64,000 bases of DNA from Eubacteriales bacterium (GCA_045594305.1 JAZNYH010000079.1:171-64170), one strand, 5' to 3'; shown: positions 9,991 to 19,495, counted from the stretch's first letter. A program made the numbers and translations. Notes: a model not told the origin generated them from the letters alone.

Positions 9991-11265
9991 TTAGCGACTT
10001 AGCTTTCCACGATACTCTAAAAGAGACATTAAAATTTGAGCAGTTTGAGCACGAGTTAGTGGAGAATTTGGCTTGATTTTTCCGTTTTCCTTTGTTAAAA
10101 TTCCAAGGCCCTCAAGTGAGACGATTGACTCCTTTGCCCATTCGGGAATTTCGTCCTCATCAGCGAACGAGGATTTTGTGTTAGAGGAGCTTGCACCAAT
10201 TATTTTATTGATTATAACTGATGCCTCGGCAGTGGTAATTTCCGCTTTGGGATTTACATAAATTCCATCTGATTTTCGCTCGCCTGAAATAATTCCAAGA
10301 GCAAATGCACTTTCAAAATACCCCTTATATTCGCTTGATATTTCCTTGTCATCAGCAAACCTTGTTTGAGAAATTGTTGGGACATCCTTGGCTCCCATAA
10401 CTCTCATAACAAGGAATAAAAATTCTTCCCTTGTGACTGCCTTTTCTGGCTCGAAGGAGTGAGTATTATCACTATTTTTAATGCAAGACATATAGGTATT
10501 TGCAATTTCAATTGCAGCATTTTCTGCCTTGTGTCCACTCATATCATCAAAGACGAGAGTTGTTTTTGTTCTTTCAATTTTTATGTTCACAGTGCAGGGG
10601 GCAGAGTAATTACCATAGGAATCCATAACTCTATATGTAAAGCTGTCCTTGCCACTAACGCCCTCGTATGGAGTGTATTTGTAATCTCCTGTTTTAGTGT
10701 TTGTGATTTGAACAAGTCCCTTTTTGGGGTATGATACCACCTCGAATCTTAGCGAGTCCCCCTCTGGATCGTAGCCGTCAAGCACGCCAAATCTTGAAAC
10801 ATCCTTGTTGGTCCAGGTGCTGACGCTTGCACCATTAGTTGTAATAGGGTAGTAGTTTACCTCTCTTATTACCTTAAGAGTGCATTCAATCTCGTAATTG
10901 CCGGAGCTTGGAATAAAGTGGAAGGAGCATTCCTTATTGCTTTGGGTTCTTGGAATGAATTTGAGAGATGCGAAATCCTCACGCTTGATAATCTGATTTT
11001 TTACCACATATAAATCGTCAAGCATCAGCTTGCCAACGCTTGCATCTGGCAATGATGTAATTCTAATGCTTTTTACATTTGTGCCTACCGATTCATCAAA
11101 ATCGTATGCGTCAAAATTAAGCTCACCATCGTATACCACACCTGCCTTAACCATATTGTTTTCGTATGCGATAACATCTATCGCTAAGGAAAGCTTTTCC
11201 GAGGCACTTACGCTTATCGAAAATGCGAGTATTGCAAAAATGCAAAAAAATAAAAACCTTTTCAT
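9991..11265 (-). CDS. Secreted S-layer-homology (SLH) protein with cadherin/Ig-like domain
   Basis: Signal peptide MKRFLFFCIFAILAFSISVSA; DGYDPEGDSLRFEVVSYPKKGLV...DSFTYRV (cadherin-like); C-terminal SLH repeats (FADDKEISSEYKGYFESAFALGIISG, FADEDEIPEWAKESIVSLEGLGIL). Confidence 0.75.
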   Translation of the reverse strand: MKRFLFFCIFAILAFSISVSASEKLSLAIDVIAYENNMVKAGVVYDGELNFDAYDFDESVGTNVKSIRITSLPDASVGKLMLDDLYVVKNQIIKREDFASLKFIPRTQSNKECSFHFIPSSGNYEIECTLKVIREVNYYPITTNGASVSTWTNKDVSRFGVLDGYDPEGDSLRFEVVSYPKKGLVQITNTKTGDYKYTPYEGVSGKDSFTYRVMDSYGNYSAPCTVNIKIERTKTTLVFDDMSGHKAENAAIEIANTYMSCIKNSDNTHSFEPEKAVTREEFLFLVMRVMGAKDVPTISQTRFADDKEISSEYKGYFESAFALGIISGERKSDGIYVNPKAEITTAEASVIINKIIGASSSNTKSSFADEDEIPEWAKESIVSLEGLGILTKENGKIKPNSPLTRAQTAQILMSLLEYRGKLSR

Positions 11266-11443
11266 AAAACCTCCAAAATTTAATCGTTCACTAAATCATA
11301 TTAAGCAAGCTATGAAAAAATACCCCAAGCTCACATTAAATGTAAAAATAGCCAAGCCTTTTCCAAATAAACGCAGAAAAGGAATATTTTTAGACTTGCA
11401 CAAAAAAAGAAAACAAATATATAATGGCAGTATGAGGTGAGCT

Positions 11444-11995
11444 ATGGAAATTATCAAAATTGGGAGGGATTCCTTCAAAATATCACTAAATTCCAAGGAA
11501 GCGTTAGAATATGAGCTTGTTGGAGAAAATGCCAAGAGTGATATTAGCAAATCTGTAAGGGTGCTTATTGATACCTTGAAGAGAGAAGAAAAAATAGCCG
11601 AGAGTGAGGACGCCTTATCTGCAGAGGTTTACATATCGAGGGATGGTGGATGCGAGGTGTTTGTTAGCAGGTCAACAAGCGACAAGGTAACATCACGAGA
11701 AATGAGCAGACATTCGAGCAGAGTTATATATAGATTTAGAGAGCTAAAAGCTCTGCTTAATGCCTGCTCTGTGCTTATAGGAGTTGAATATGGCGGTGCA
11801 TGCGAGGTTTACTTCGATAAAAATCGACGGAGCTATTATTTATGTATGAGTGGAGTAAATCCAAAGGATTTAAGCTATGCATCCTTGGCAGAACACGGAG
11901 AAAGGTTAAAGTCAAGCATATATCCGTATATTAGAGAGTATTGTGAGGAGGTTTTTAATAGAAATAGCCTTGATTTTTTCGCAAAGCTAATATGA
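11444..11995 (+). CDS. MecA-like adaptor protein
   Basis: MEIIKIGRDSFKISL and the C-terminal YRF..L..L...YFDKNRRSYYLCMSG..LAEHGERL pattern parallel Bacillus MecA by eye. Confidence 0.55.
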   Translation: MEIIKIGRDSFKISLNSKEALEYELVGENAKSDISKSVRVLIDTLKREEKIAESEDALSAEVYISRDGGCEVFVSRSTSDKVTSREMSRHSSRVIYRFRELKALLNACSVLIGVEYGGACEVYFDKNRRSYYLCMSGVNPKDLSYASLAEHGERLKSSIYPYIREYCEEVFNRNSLDFFAKLI

Positions 11996-12011
11996 ATTTG
12001 TAAAGCATAGT

Positions 12012-12044
12012 AAAAGGCTCCACTAATGAGCCTTTTCTTTTTTT
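12012..12044 (+). terminator. Terminator after the mecA-like gene
   Basis: AAAAGGCTC-cactaat-GAGCCTTTT plus a T-run. Confidence 0.75.
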
Positions 12045-12171
12045 GAGGCAGATAAAATTTATAAAATTGCCGAAAAATAAAAAAATTTGTTGATTAAATT
12101 TAAAAAGTATGATATGATAAAACTTACCCACCCAAAAATATTATCAAAAAAATAGGATGTGAAATTATAAA

Positions 12172-12723
12172 ATGGATATTCCAATGACGGATAAAAACGA
12201 AATAAAAATATTCATACTTTACTTGATGGACAGAATAGGCTATCCCGTAAAGTTTTCCGATGTTTGTAGCATATTGCACCAAGAAAATGTAGTTAGCTAT
12301 TTTGATGGCGGAGATTGTTTTGGTGAGCTTGTTGACGCAGGACATGTAATAGAGGTTGCTAAGGATGAGCTTGGCGAGGAGCTTTATGTCGTTACATCAA
12401 CAGGAAAGACAATTGCAACAGAGCTTAATGACAGTATATCCGATGTTATCAAGGAATCAAGCTATCGTAGTGCTATTAGACATCTTTCGTTCCAAAAGAG
12501 AGGAGCAAAGATAAACTGCTTTTACCAAATGAGAGAAAATGGTAAGTATCTTGTTCATTGTGAGATTACCGAATTTGGTAAGGTTGTCCTTGACATAAAT
12601 GTAGAGGTTGACACAAAGCTTGAGGCGGATAAAATGCTCTTTAATTTTAGAAGAAGACCAGAGGTTATATTCCGTGGGACTCTCGCTCTTGTTTCAGGAG
12701 AGGTAAATTATATTTTTGAATGA
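12172..12723 (+). CDS. DUF4364-like putative regulator
   Basis: N-terminal IKIFILYLMDRIGYPVKFSDVCSIL wHTH-like pattern recalled from DUF4364. Confidence 0.5.
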   Translation: MDIPMTDKNEIKIFILYLMDRIGYPVKFSDVCSILHQENVVSYFDGGDCFGELVDAGHVIEVAKDELGEELYVVTSTGKTIATELNDSISDVIKESSYRSAIRHLSFQKRGAKINCFYQMRENGKYLVHCEITEFGKVVLDINVEVDTKLEADKMLFNFRRRPEVIFRGTLALVSGEVNYIFE

Positions 12724-12802
12724 GCAAAAATGTGTTTTTTGTGGAAAATATACAAAAAATCTCCCAAAAAGGTCGAATTTTTTCAAAAATCGTAAAAACT
12801 TC

Positions 12803-12830
12803 TTGACAAGTACAAAATTTGTGATATAAT
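12803..12830 (+). promoter_or_regulatory. Sigma-A promoter of the sigma-factor gene
   Basis: TTGACA-16nt-TATAAT with TGa. Confidence 0.6.
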
Positions 12831-12853
12831 AATATTATAATTTGGGGAGAGCT

Positions 12854-13405
12854 ATGGACGAATTAACTAAATGGATTGAGCTTGCGAGGGCAGGAGACGA
12901 TAATGCCTTTGCAAAGATTGTTGAAAAATACGAAAAGCTTTTGTTCAAAATGTCCAATGACTTTTCCAAATCATGCCCTGAATCATTAAGAGATGGCGAG
13001 GATTTATTGCAGGAGGCAAAGATTGCCTTATACAACGCAGTTAAAACATATGATTTTTCGAAGGGAATTACCTTCGGGGCATACGCCAAGACCTGTATAA
13101 AAAATAGCTTGATTTCTTGCATTAGAAAGATGAAATCCAAAAAAAGAAAAAGGCTCGATGAGGCGTCATCAGGTGGTCAAGATACAGTATCTACTGCGAC
13201 CATCTCAAAGGAGCAAAAGGCTCAAATTCTTAGAATTGCAAAAATGCATCTCTCACACCTTGAATATAGGGTTTTTGAGATGTATTATTCTGGATTAAGA
13301 GCAAGCGAGATTTCTAAGAGATTAGGCAAGGATGTAAAGTCTGTAAATAATGCGATTTATAGAATGAAATCCAAGCTAAGCAGGGTGGTAGAGGAGAATA
13401 CATAA
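12854..13405 (+). CDS. Sigma-70 family RNA polymerase sigma factor (small, SigH/ECF-like)
   Basis: Region 2 (DLLQEAKIALYNAVKTYD) and region 4 HTH (RASEISKRLGKDVKSVNNAIYRMKSKL); GGGGAGAG SD before ATG 12854. Confidence 0.8.
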   Translation: MDELTKWIELARAGDDNAFAKIVEKYEKLLFKMSNDFSKSCPESLRDGEDLLQEAKIALYNAVKTYDFSKGITFGAYAKTCIKNSLISCIRKMKSKKRKRLDEASSGGQDTVSTATISKEQKAQILRIAKMHLSHLEYRVFEMYYSGLRASEISKRLGKDVKSVNNAIYRMKSKLSRVVEENT

Positions 13406-13451
13406 GCGAAGGCTTTGTATAAATATTATTTACCTGAAGAGGAGAAGAGAG

Positions 13452-13727
13452 ATGTTTCAGGACAAAACATTAACATGCAAGGAGTGTGGACAAGAATTCG
13501 TGTTTACCGCTGGTGAGCAGGAGTTCTACCAAGAAAAGGGCTTCCAAAACGAGCCTCAGAGATGCAAGGCGTGCAGAGATGCAAGAAAGAATGCAGCTAA
13601 GGCACCAAAGGAAATGTTCACAACTGTATGTGCTCAGTGTGGCAAGGAAGCAAAGGTTCCTTTCCAGCCTAACAGCGACAGACCTGTATATTGCAGTGAG
13701 TGCTTCGCTGAAATGAAAAATCAATAA
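13452..13727 (+). CDS. Double CxxC zinc-ribbon protein (CxxC-x17-CxxC type)
   Basis: CKECG..x17..CKAC and CAQCG..x17..CSEC. Confidence 0.7.
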   Translation: MFQDKTLTCKECGQEFVFTAGEQEFYQEKGFQNEPQRCKACRDARKNAAKAPKEMFTTVCAQCGKEAKVPFQPNSDRPVYCSECFAEMKNQ

Positions 13728-13775
13728 TTATAGTATGAAATTTTAAAATGTTTTATAGATTAATTTGAGATTTAT

Positions 13776-13807
13776 AAAAAGCAGACTTCGTTTGAGGTCT
13801 GCTTTTT
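13776..13807 (+). terminator. Terminator after the zinc-ribbon gene
   Basis: AAAAAGCAGACTTC-gttt-GAGGTCTGCTTTTT. Confidence 0.8.
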
Positions 13808-13899
13808 GTATTAAAATTTTAAAAAAATACTGTACAAATATAAACCTTTATGTTAAAATAGTAGTAACTGTAATTATTTATGCGTAATAAGAGGACGAC

Positions 13900-14745
13900 A
13901 TGGAAAACAAGAAAAAGGGTAAATTTGGTGCAGAGGGTGGCTCCTCTCGCCCCCAAAAAGGTAGAGATTTTAAGAAAAAGGACCAAATATTCAAGGAAAG
14001 AGATGAGATAGATTCTCTTGGCATTGTTATTGGCAGAAACGCTGTTTCTGAGCTTTTGAAATCAGATAGAGCAATAGATAAAATTTATGTTAGAAAGGGC
14101 GTTCGTGAGGGCTCGCTTACGCTTATTGTAGCCCAAGCTATTGAAAAGAGGATTCCCGTTGTAGAGGTTGAGGTATCAAAGCTCGACTTTATGAGCTCGG
14201 GAGCAAATCATCAGGGCGTTGTTGCAATGGCAGCACTTAAAGATTATGTAAGCGTTGATGATATTCTCGAAATTGCTAAGGAGCGTGGAGAAAAGCCTCT
14301 TATTGTCATTGCCGATTGTATTGAGGATCCCCATAACCTTGGTGCTCTCATAAGATGTGCAGAATGTGCAGGCGCACACGGAATAATTATTCCTAAGCGT
14401 CACGCTGTTGGAATTACACCAGCGGTATATAAATCCTCAGCAGGAGCTATTGAGCATATGGCTATTGCAAAGGTATCTAATATTGCTACCACAATAGATG
14501 AGCTGAAAAAGAAGGGTGTTTGGATATTTGCATCAGAGGCAGGTGGAACACCATACTACGAAACAGATTACGATTGCGCTTGTGCTATTGTCCTTGGCTC
14601 AGAGGGTAATGGAGTAGGCAAGCTGATAAAGGATAAAAGTGACTTTATTATATCAATTCCTATGTATGGAAAGGTAAATTCACTCAATGTTTCAACGGCA
14701 GCATCGGTTATTTTGTGCCATGTTGCAAGAATGCAGAGAGGTTAA
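13900..14745 (+). CDS. rlmB: 23S rRNA (guanosine-2'-O)-methyltransferase RlmB (SpoU/TrmH group 3)
   Basis: GRNAVSELL substrate-binding domain plus SPOUT motifs (DPHNLGALIRCAECAG, LGSEGNGV, SLNVSTAASV). Confidence 0.88.
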   Translation: MENKKKGKFGAEGGSSRPQKGRDFKKKDQIFKERDEIDSLGIVIGRNAVSELLKSDRAIDKIYVRKGVREGSLTLIVAQAIEKRIPVVEVEVSKLDFMSSGANHQGVVAMAALKDYVSVDDILEIAKERGEKPLIVIADCIEDPHNLGALIRCAECAGAHGIIIPKRHAVGITPAVYKSSAGAIEHMAIAKVSNIATTIDELKKKGVWIFASEAGGTPYYETDYDCACAIVLGSEGNGVGKLIKDKSDFIISIPMYGKVNSLNVSTAASVILCHVARMQRG

Positions 14746-14747
14746 AT

Positions 14748-16937
14748 ATGGAAGATAAGTTTGATCAAATAGAGATGGATGTAGGGGATGTAGCGGATAT
14801 AGTAGATGCAGAAGAGCCTGCGACTACTCCTGATGAGACTACTCCTGCTTGTGAGGAAGCACCTCGCCCACCCAAGCAGCAAAGCCCTGAAAATGTTAAA
14901 ATAGGCGAGGGAGATTACGCTATTACAAGCGAGCTTGATGAGGATATTGAGCTTATAACTCCTGATGCAGATATTTTTGAGCGTGAGATAGATAACGCTC
15001 AGACATCAGATATGGCTCATTGGACTCACGAGGTAATCAAGAGAGATAAAGAGAGCGAGGCTGTGGAGTTTGACGATATGTATGCCAATTCAAGCCACGC
15101 AGACCAAGAATTTATGAAGGCGTTTGGCATATCCGATAAGGACGGAAATGTTACTATAAATGTAGATGATTCGCTTAGTCATTCAAGCGCAGAAATAGAA
15201 ACCCTTCAAGGCGATATTCACTCGGATTACTATGAGTATACAGACCGTCAGCAGAGAAAAGAGATAATAGGAATGTATAAGTATGCTATGCGTAGCATAC
15301 GAACAAAGATTATTATGTCTGGAATATTTGCTCTTTTCCTTTTGCTTATTGAAAATATAGGTCTTTTTTCAAAGAATGCATCTGGAATATTCAATATAGC
15401 AGAGCATCCATATTTGCACTTTTTCCTTGATTTTGGTGCTTTTGCTATATGTGCGCTTTTTGCATATGAGCAGATTTATCACGGAATAAAGTCAATTATT
15501 TCAAAGGAATATATTCCTGAGGCAATTGCTGTCTTTGGCGTGGCAATGGGAATAGTTTATTCGATATTTAATCTCATATTTATTCCTTTTAAGACACCTG
15601 TTCTTTGTAATTTCCCAGCTGCTGTAATGTGCGTTTTGACAATTGTTTTCTCGTACATTAATGTTGCAAGAGAAAGATATAGCTTTAGCGTTATTTCCTC
15701 TAAGGACTCAAAGTTCGTTTTGAACAAGGTTGAGGCTGATGATGCCGACGCTGAAACAGAGGCGTTTTCAACCGCTTCGAGAGATTTTGTGGGCGACCTT
15801 ATAAGAGTTGACAAGGCAGATTTTGTTAGAAAGTATTTTGCAAGAACAAATAAGTCTGTAAGCACTGTTAGAATGATGTATCCATATTATATTCTTGCAG
15901 TTTGCGTTCCACTTATTTTGGCAATAATTTCAATATTCCGTAATGCTCATTTTATGGATGCGATGCTAACCTGGTATAACGGAGTTATGCTCGTGCTTCC
16001 TGTTGGCTTGCTATTTATGTATAGTGTTCCGTTCTTTATGGGAAATAGACACCTTTACGAGGAGGAAACCTCAATAATTGGCGAGGGAACCATATACGAG
16101 TATGCCAGTGCTAAGGCGGTATCGGTAAATGATACAACTGCATTCCCACCATATAATGTAAAGCTCCAGGGCTTTAATGTCTACAACGATTATAAGCCAG
16201 AAAAGGTGCTTTATTATGCTTCAAATGGCTTTAATGTTGTTGGTGGACCATTGGCAGATGTTTTTGGAACGGCAACTAAGGACGCATTTACAAAGTCAAA
16301 AAGAGCAAGATTTGTTTGCTCAGGACGCAGTTACCTTTGTGTTAAGGTTGATAATGATACAATTATTTTTGCGGACAGATACGGTATTTCCTCAAATGGA
16401 ATTGAAATTTCCTATGATAGAGAGGACGCCGATGAGGATGTTTGCGTAATGTACATGGCATGCAATGGCAAGCTTTGTGCGAGAATGTATATTAAATATA
16501 CAATTGATGAGGATTTTGCACAAACTGTAAGATCGCTCAACAAGAACGGAATTTCGGTTGGAATTAGAACCTTTGATCCCAACCTCGATAACGAGCTTTT
16601 GAAGCTTCAAACGGGCTTTAAAAAGAGCGATTTGCGTATCATAAGGCTTTCAAGAGATATAGAAATTCCAAGATCTATCGAAAAAACAGACAGTGGAGTA
16701 GTATCTAAGGGACATTCAAAATCACTTATTAAGGCTATTCCAGTATGTAAAAACATAGCAAAAATCAGAAAGGTTGGAGCAGTTTTGAACATAATCGCTT
16801 CCATTGTTGGAGTGGTGTTGCTTGGCCTTGTTACCTTTGCGTCCTTCTTGACGCTTAATCCGTTGCTTATTGTCGGATATTATGTGGTATGGCTCTTGAT
16901 TATGTTCATTGTTACATCAGTAATGCTTCTGCAATAG
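14748..16937 (+). CDS. Degenerate (catalytically dead) P1B-type ATPase homologue with acidic N-terminal region
   Basis: Collinear with CopA-type ATPases by eye, but CPC->LPV, DKTGT->NDTTA, TGD->TFD, and TGE and GDGxND are absent. ATG 14748 lies 2 nt after the rlmB stop with GAGAGG SD. Confidence 0.65.
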   Translation: MEDKFDQIEMDVGDVADIVDAEEPATTPDETTPACEEAPRPPKQQSPENVKIGEGDYAITSELDEDIELITPDADIFEREIDNAQTSDMAHWTHEVIKRDKESEAVEFDDMYANSSHADQEFMKAFGISDKDGNVTINVDDSLSHSSAEIETLQGDIHSDYYEYTDRQQRKEIIGMYKYAMRSIRTKIIMSGIFALFLLLIENIGLFSKNASGIFNIAEHPYLHFFLDFGAFAICALFAYEQIYHGIKSIISKEYIPEAIAVFGVAMGIVYSIFNLIFIPFKTPVLCNFPAAVMCVLTIVFSYINVARERYSFSVISSKDSKFVLNKVEADDADAETEAFSTASRDFVGDLIRVDKADFVRKYFARTNKSVSTVRMMYPYYILAVCVPLILAIISIFRNAHFMDAMLTWYNGVMLVLPVGLLFMYSVPFFMGNRHLYEEETSIIGEGTIYEYASAKAVSVNDTTAFPPYNVKLQGFNVYNDYKPEKVLYYASNGFNVVGGPLADVFGTATKDAFTKSKRARFVCSGRSYLCVKVDNDTIIFADRYGISSNGIEISYDREDADEDVCVMYMACNGKLCARMYIKYTIDEDFAQTVRSLNKNGISVGIRTFDPNLDNELLKLQTGFKKSDLRIIRLSRDIEIPRSIEKTDSGVVSKGHSKSLIKAIPVCKNIAKIRKVGAVLNIIASIVGVVLLGLVTFASFLTLNPLLIVGYYVVWLLIMFIVTSVMLLQ

Positions 16938-16942
16938 CTAAA

Positions 16943-18793
16943 ATGCATAACAAATTAAGTACAATTTTAAAATCCGTATCTAAGCCTGGTAGATATACTG
17001 GCGGAGAATATGGTCAAATTATAAAGGACAAGCGGGATGTAAAATGCCGCTTTGCCTTTTGCTTTCCTGACACCTATGAAATAGGTATGTCCAACCTCGG
17101 TGTAAGACTTCTTTATGGTGCTCTTAACGCAGAGGCTGATATTTGGTGCGAAAGAGTGTATGCTCCTTGGACAGATATGGAGGAGCAAATGCGTCTTCAT
17201 AATATCCCCTTATGGGCTCACGAGAGCAAGGATAATGTAAGAGATTTTGATATTATTGCCTTTTCTCTTCAATATGAGCTTTGCTATACAACAGCAATCA
17301 ATATGATTGACCTTTGTGGCTTGCCCGTATTTGCTAAGGATAGAGATGAGAATATGCCCATTATTTTGGGTGGAGGTCCTTGTGCCTACAACGCTGAGCC
17401 TGTTGCTGATTTCTTTGATATTTTCAGCATTGGCGAGGGCGAGGAGGCTCTTGTAGAGCTTTCGAGGCTCTATATCAAGATGAAGGATGAGGGTACATAT
17501 ACCAAAACAGCGTTTTTGAGAGAGGCATCTCATATAAAGGGCTTTTATGTTCCATCTCTTTATAATGTGGAATACAACGAGGACGGAACTATAAAGCTTT
17601 TTGAGCCTAAATATGAGGATGTTCCTAAAAGGGTTGAAAAGAGAATAATAGCAGATTTAAATAAGTCCTATTTTCCTACAAAGCCAATAATGCCCTTTGT
17701 TGAGGTTGTTCATGATAGAATAATGCTCGAAACCTTCAGAGGCTGTATAAGAGGCTGTCGCTTCTGTCAAGCGGGTATGGTATTCCGCCCTGTTCGTGAG
17801 AAGAATGCTGACACCTTGAACTGTCAGGCTCGTGAAATTTTCGAGAATACAGGATATACGGAGATTTCCTTAACCTCACTCTCAATAAGCGATTATTCGT
17901 GCCTTCACGAGGCTACGGATAAGCTTTTAGAGTGGACTGATCCAAATAAAATCAATCTTTCTCTACCATCACTAAGAGCAGATAGCTTTACAAAGGAGCT
18001 TATGAGCAAGATAAGCTCTATACGCCAATCGGGCTTAACCTTTGCTCCTGAGGCAGGAACTCAAAGGCTTCGTGATGCGATAAATAAGAACCTTTATGAG
18101 AAGGATCTTATGAATGCTGTAAGGCTTGCCTTTGAGGGTGGAAAGAGCCTTGTAAAGCTTTATTTTATGAACGGCTTGCCAACTGAAACCTATGAGGATA
18201 TAGAGGGAATAGCAGACCTTGCAAAGCGAGTGGTAGATGAATTTTATAGAACTCCTAATCGTCCTAAAAAGCCTATATCTGTAACCGTTAGTGTTTCTTG
18301 CTTTGTTCCAAAGCCTCATACCCCCTTCCAATGGGAGCCACAGGATTCTCTTGAATCGCTATGCGACAAGCAAAAATATCTCGCTGAAAAGATAGTAGAT
18401 AGAAAGATAAGATACAATTGGCACGAGGCAAAGGTTTCAAGGCTTGAGGCTGTATTTTCTAAGGGTGATAGACGCCTTTCAAGTGCGATTGCCCTTGCAC
18501 AGTCAAAGGGCATACGCTTTGATGCTTGGGATGAGCACTTTGATTATGACAAATGGATGCAGGTCTTTGAGGAATGTGGCATAGATCCAGCCTTTTACGC
18601 AAATAGAAGAATGGGTTATGATGAAATATTGCCTTGGGATGTAATTGACATCGGTGTTTCAAAGAAATTTATGATGCTCGAAAGCCAAAAGGCTCATAAT
18701 AGCGAAACCACACCAAACTGCAAGGAAAAATGCTCTGGCTGTGGAGCGAATAAGCTGGGAGGAGAGATGACATGGTGCCCCAAAACGAAGTGA
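16943..18793 (+). CDS. B12-binding-domain radical SAM protein (TIGR03960-like, function unknown)
   Basis: SKPGRYTGGEYG N-terminus and radical-SAM CIRGCRFC (CxxxCxxC); start moved to MHNKLSTIL just after the upstream stop. Confidence 0.8.
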   Translation: MHNKLSTILKSVSKPGRYTGGEYGQIIKDKRDVKCRFAFCFPDTYEIGMSNLGVRLLYGALNAEADIWCERVYAPWTDMEEQMRLHNIPLWAHESKDNVRDFDIIAFSLQYELCYTTAINMIDLCGLPVFAKDRDENMPIILGGGPCAYNAEPVADFFDIFSIGEGEEALVELSRLYIKMKDEGTYTKTAFLREASHIKGFYVPSLYNVEYNEDGTIKLFEPKYEDVPKRVEKRIIADLNKSYFPTKPIMPFVEVVHDRIMLETFRGCIRGCRFCQAGMVFRPVREKNADTLNCQAREIFENTGYTEISLTSLSISDYSCLHEATDKLLEWTDPNKINLSLPSLRADSFTKELMSKISSIRQSGLTFAPEAGTQRLRDAINKNLYEKDLMNAVRLAFEGGKSLVKLYFMNGLPTETYEDIEGIADLAKRVVDEFYRTPNRPKKPISVTVSVSCFVPKPHTPFQWEPQDSLESLCDKQKYLAEKIVDRKIRYNWHEAKVSRLEAVFSKGDRRLSSAIALAQSKGIRFDAWDEHFDYDKWMQVFEECGIDPAFYANRRMGYDEILPWDVIDIGVSKKFMMLESQKAHNSETTPNCKEKCSGCGANKLGGEMTWCPKTK

Positions 18794-19458
18794 TTCAGGT
18801 TAGAATTAAGTTCAAAAAGTACGGCTCGCTTATGTATATTTCTCACCTTGACCTCTCTCGCACAATGCAGAGAATAATAATCAGAGCAGGAATAGATATT
18901 TGGTATTCCGAGGGCTTTAATCCTCAGCCGAGAATAGTTTTTGCCGTTCCACTTCCAGTTGGAGTCGAGAGCGATTGCGAGTATATGGATATAAAGCTCA
19001 ATTCGTTTATGGATTGCGAGGAAATAAAGCGTCGCTTGAACAAGAATTTTCCAATGGAAATGGAGTGCATAGATGTTTATGTGCCTGAGCAAAAGTTTAA
19101 AAATATAGCGTATATCGACTATGATATAGAGATATTTTCAAAATCTATTGACAATAGCTCTGCTATGTTAATTGAAAATATGCTCAAAAACGATCTTTTT
19201 GTCACCAAAAAGTCAAAGGGAAGCGAAAAGCAGATTAATATAAAGGAATTTATTCATAGCTTTAAGGTGGCTGTGGAAAATGGAAGGCTTTATCTTAACG
19301 CTATCGTTTGCTCGGGAAGTGAGAAAAATCTAAATCCAGAGCTTATTATAGATGCAATAAGGTCATCTACACCAATATTAAATGGCTCGCCGTTAGAGGA
19401 GCGATACTCTATAAAAAGGAAGGAAATGCTCCACGCAGACCTTTCAAGCTTTAAATAA
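18772..19458 (+). CDS. Radical-SAM-associated protein (TIGR03936/DUF2344-like)
   Basis: VRIKFKKYGSLMYISHLDLSRTMQR signature; overlaps upstream gene (alternative GTGA-overlap start at 18790). Confidence 0.75.
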   Translation: MVPQNEVIQVRIKFKKYGSLMYISHLDLSRTMQRIIIRAGIDIWYSEGFNPQPRIVFAVPLPVGVESDCEYMDIKLNSFMDCEEIKRRLNKNFPMEMECIDVYVPEQKFKNIAYIDYDIEIFSKSIDNSSAMLIENMLKNDLFVTKKSKGSEKQINIKEFIHSFKVAVENGRLYLNAIVCSGSEKNLNPELIIDAIRSSTPILNGSPLEERYSIKRKEMLHADLSSFK

Positions 19459-19463
19459 AAAAC

Positions 19464-19492
19464 CAAACCCCCGATTTCTTATCGGGGGTTTG
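19464..19492. terminator. Convergent-gene hairpin terminator
   Basis: CAAACCCCCGAT-ttctt-ATCGGGGGTTTG. Confidence 0.7.
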
Positions 19493-19495
19493 ATA

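Noticed and set aside
13452-13727. Three overlapping ORFs on both strands at the zinc-ribbon locus.
   Set aside because: Only the + frame has an SD (GAGGAGAAGAG) and the duplicated CxxC-x17-CxxC architecture. The other two are frame shadows.
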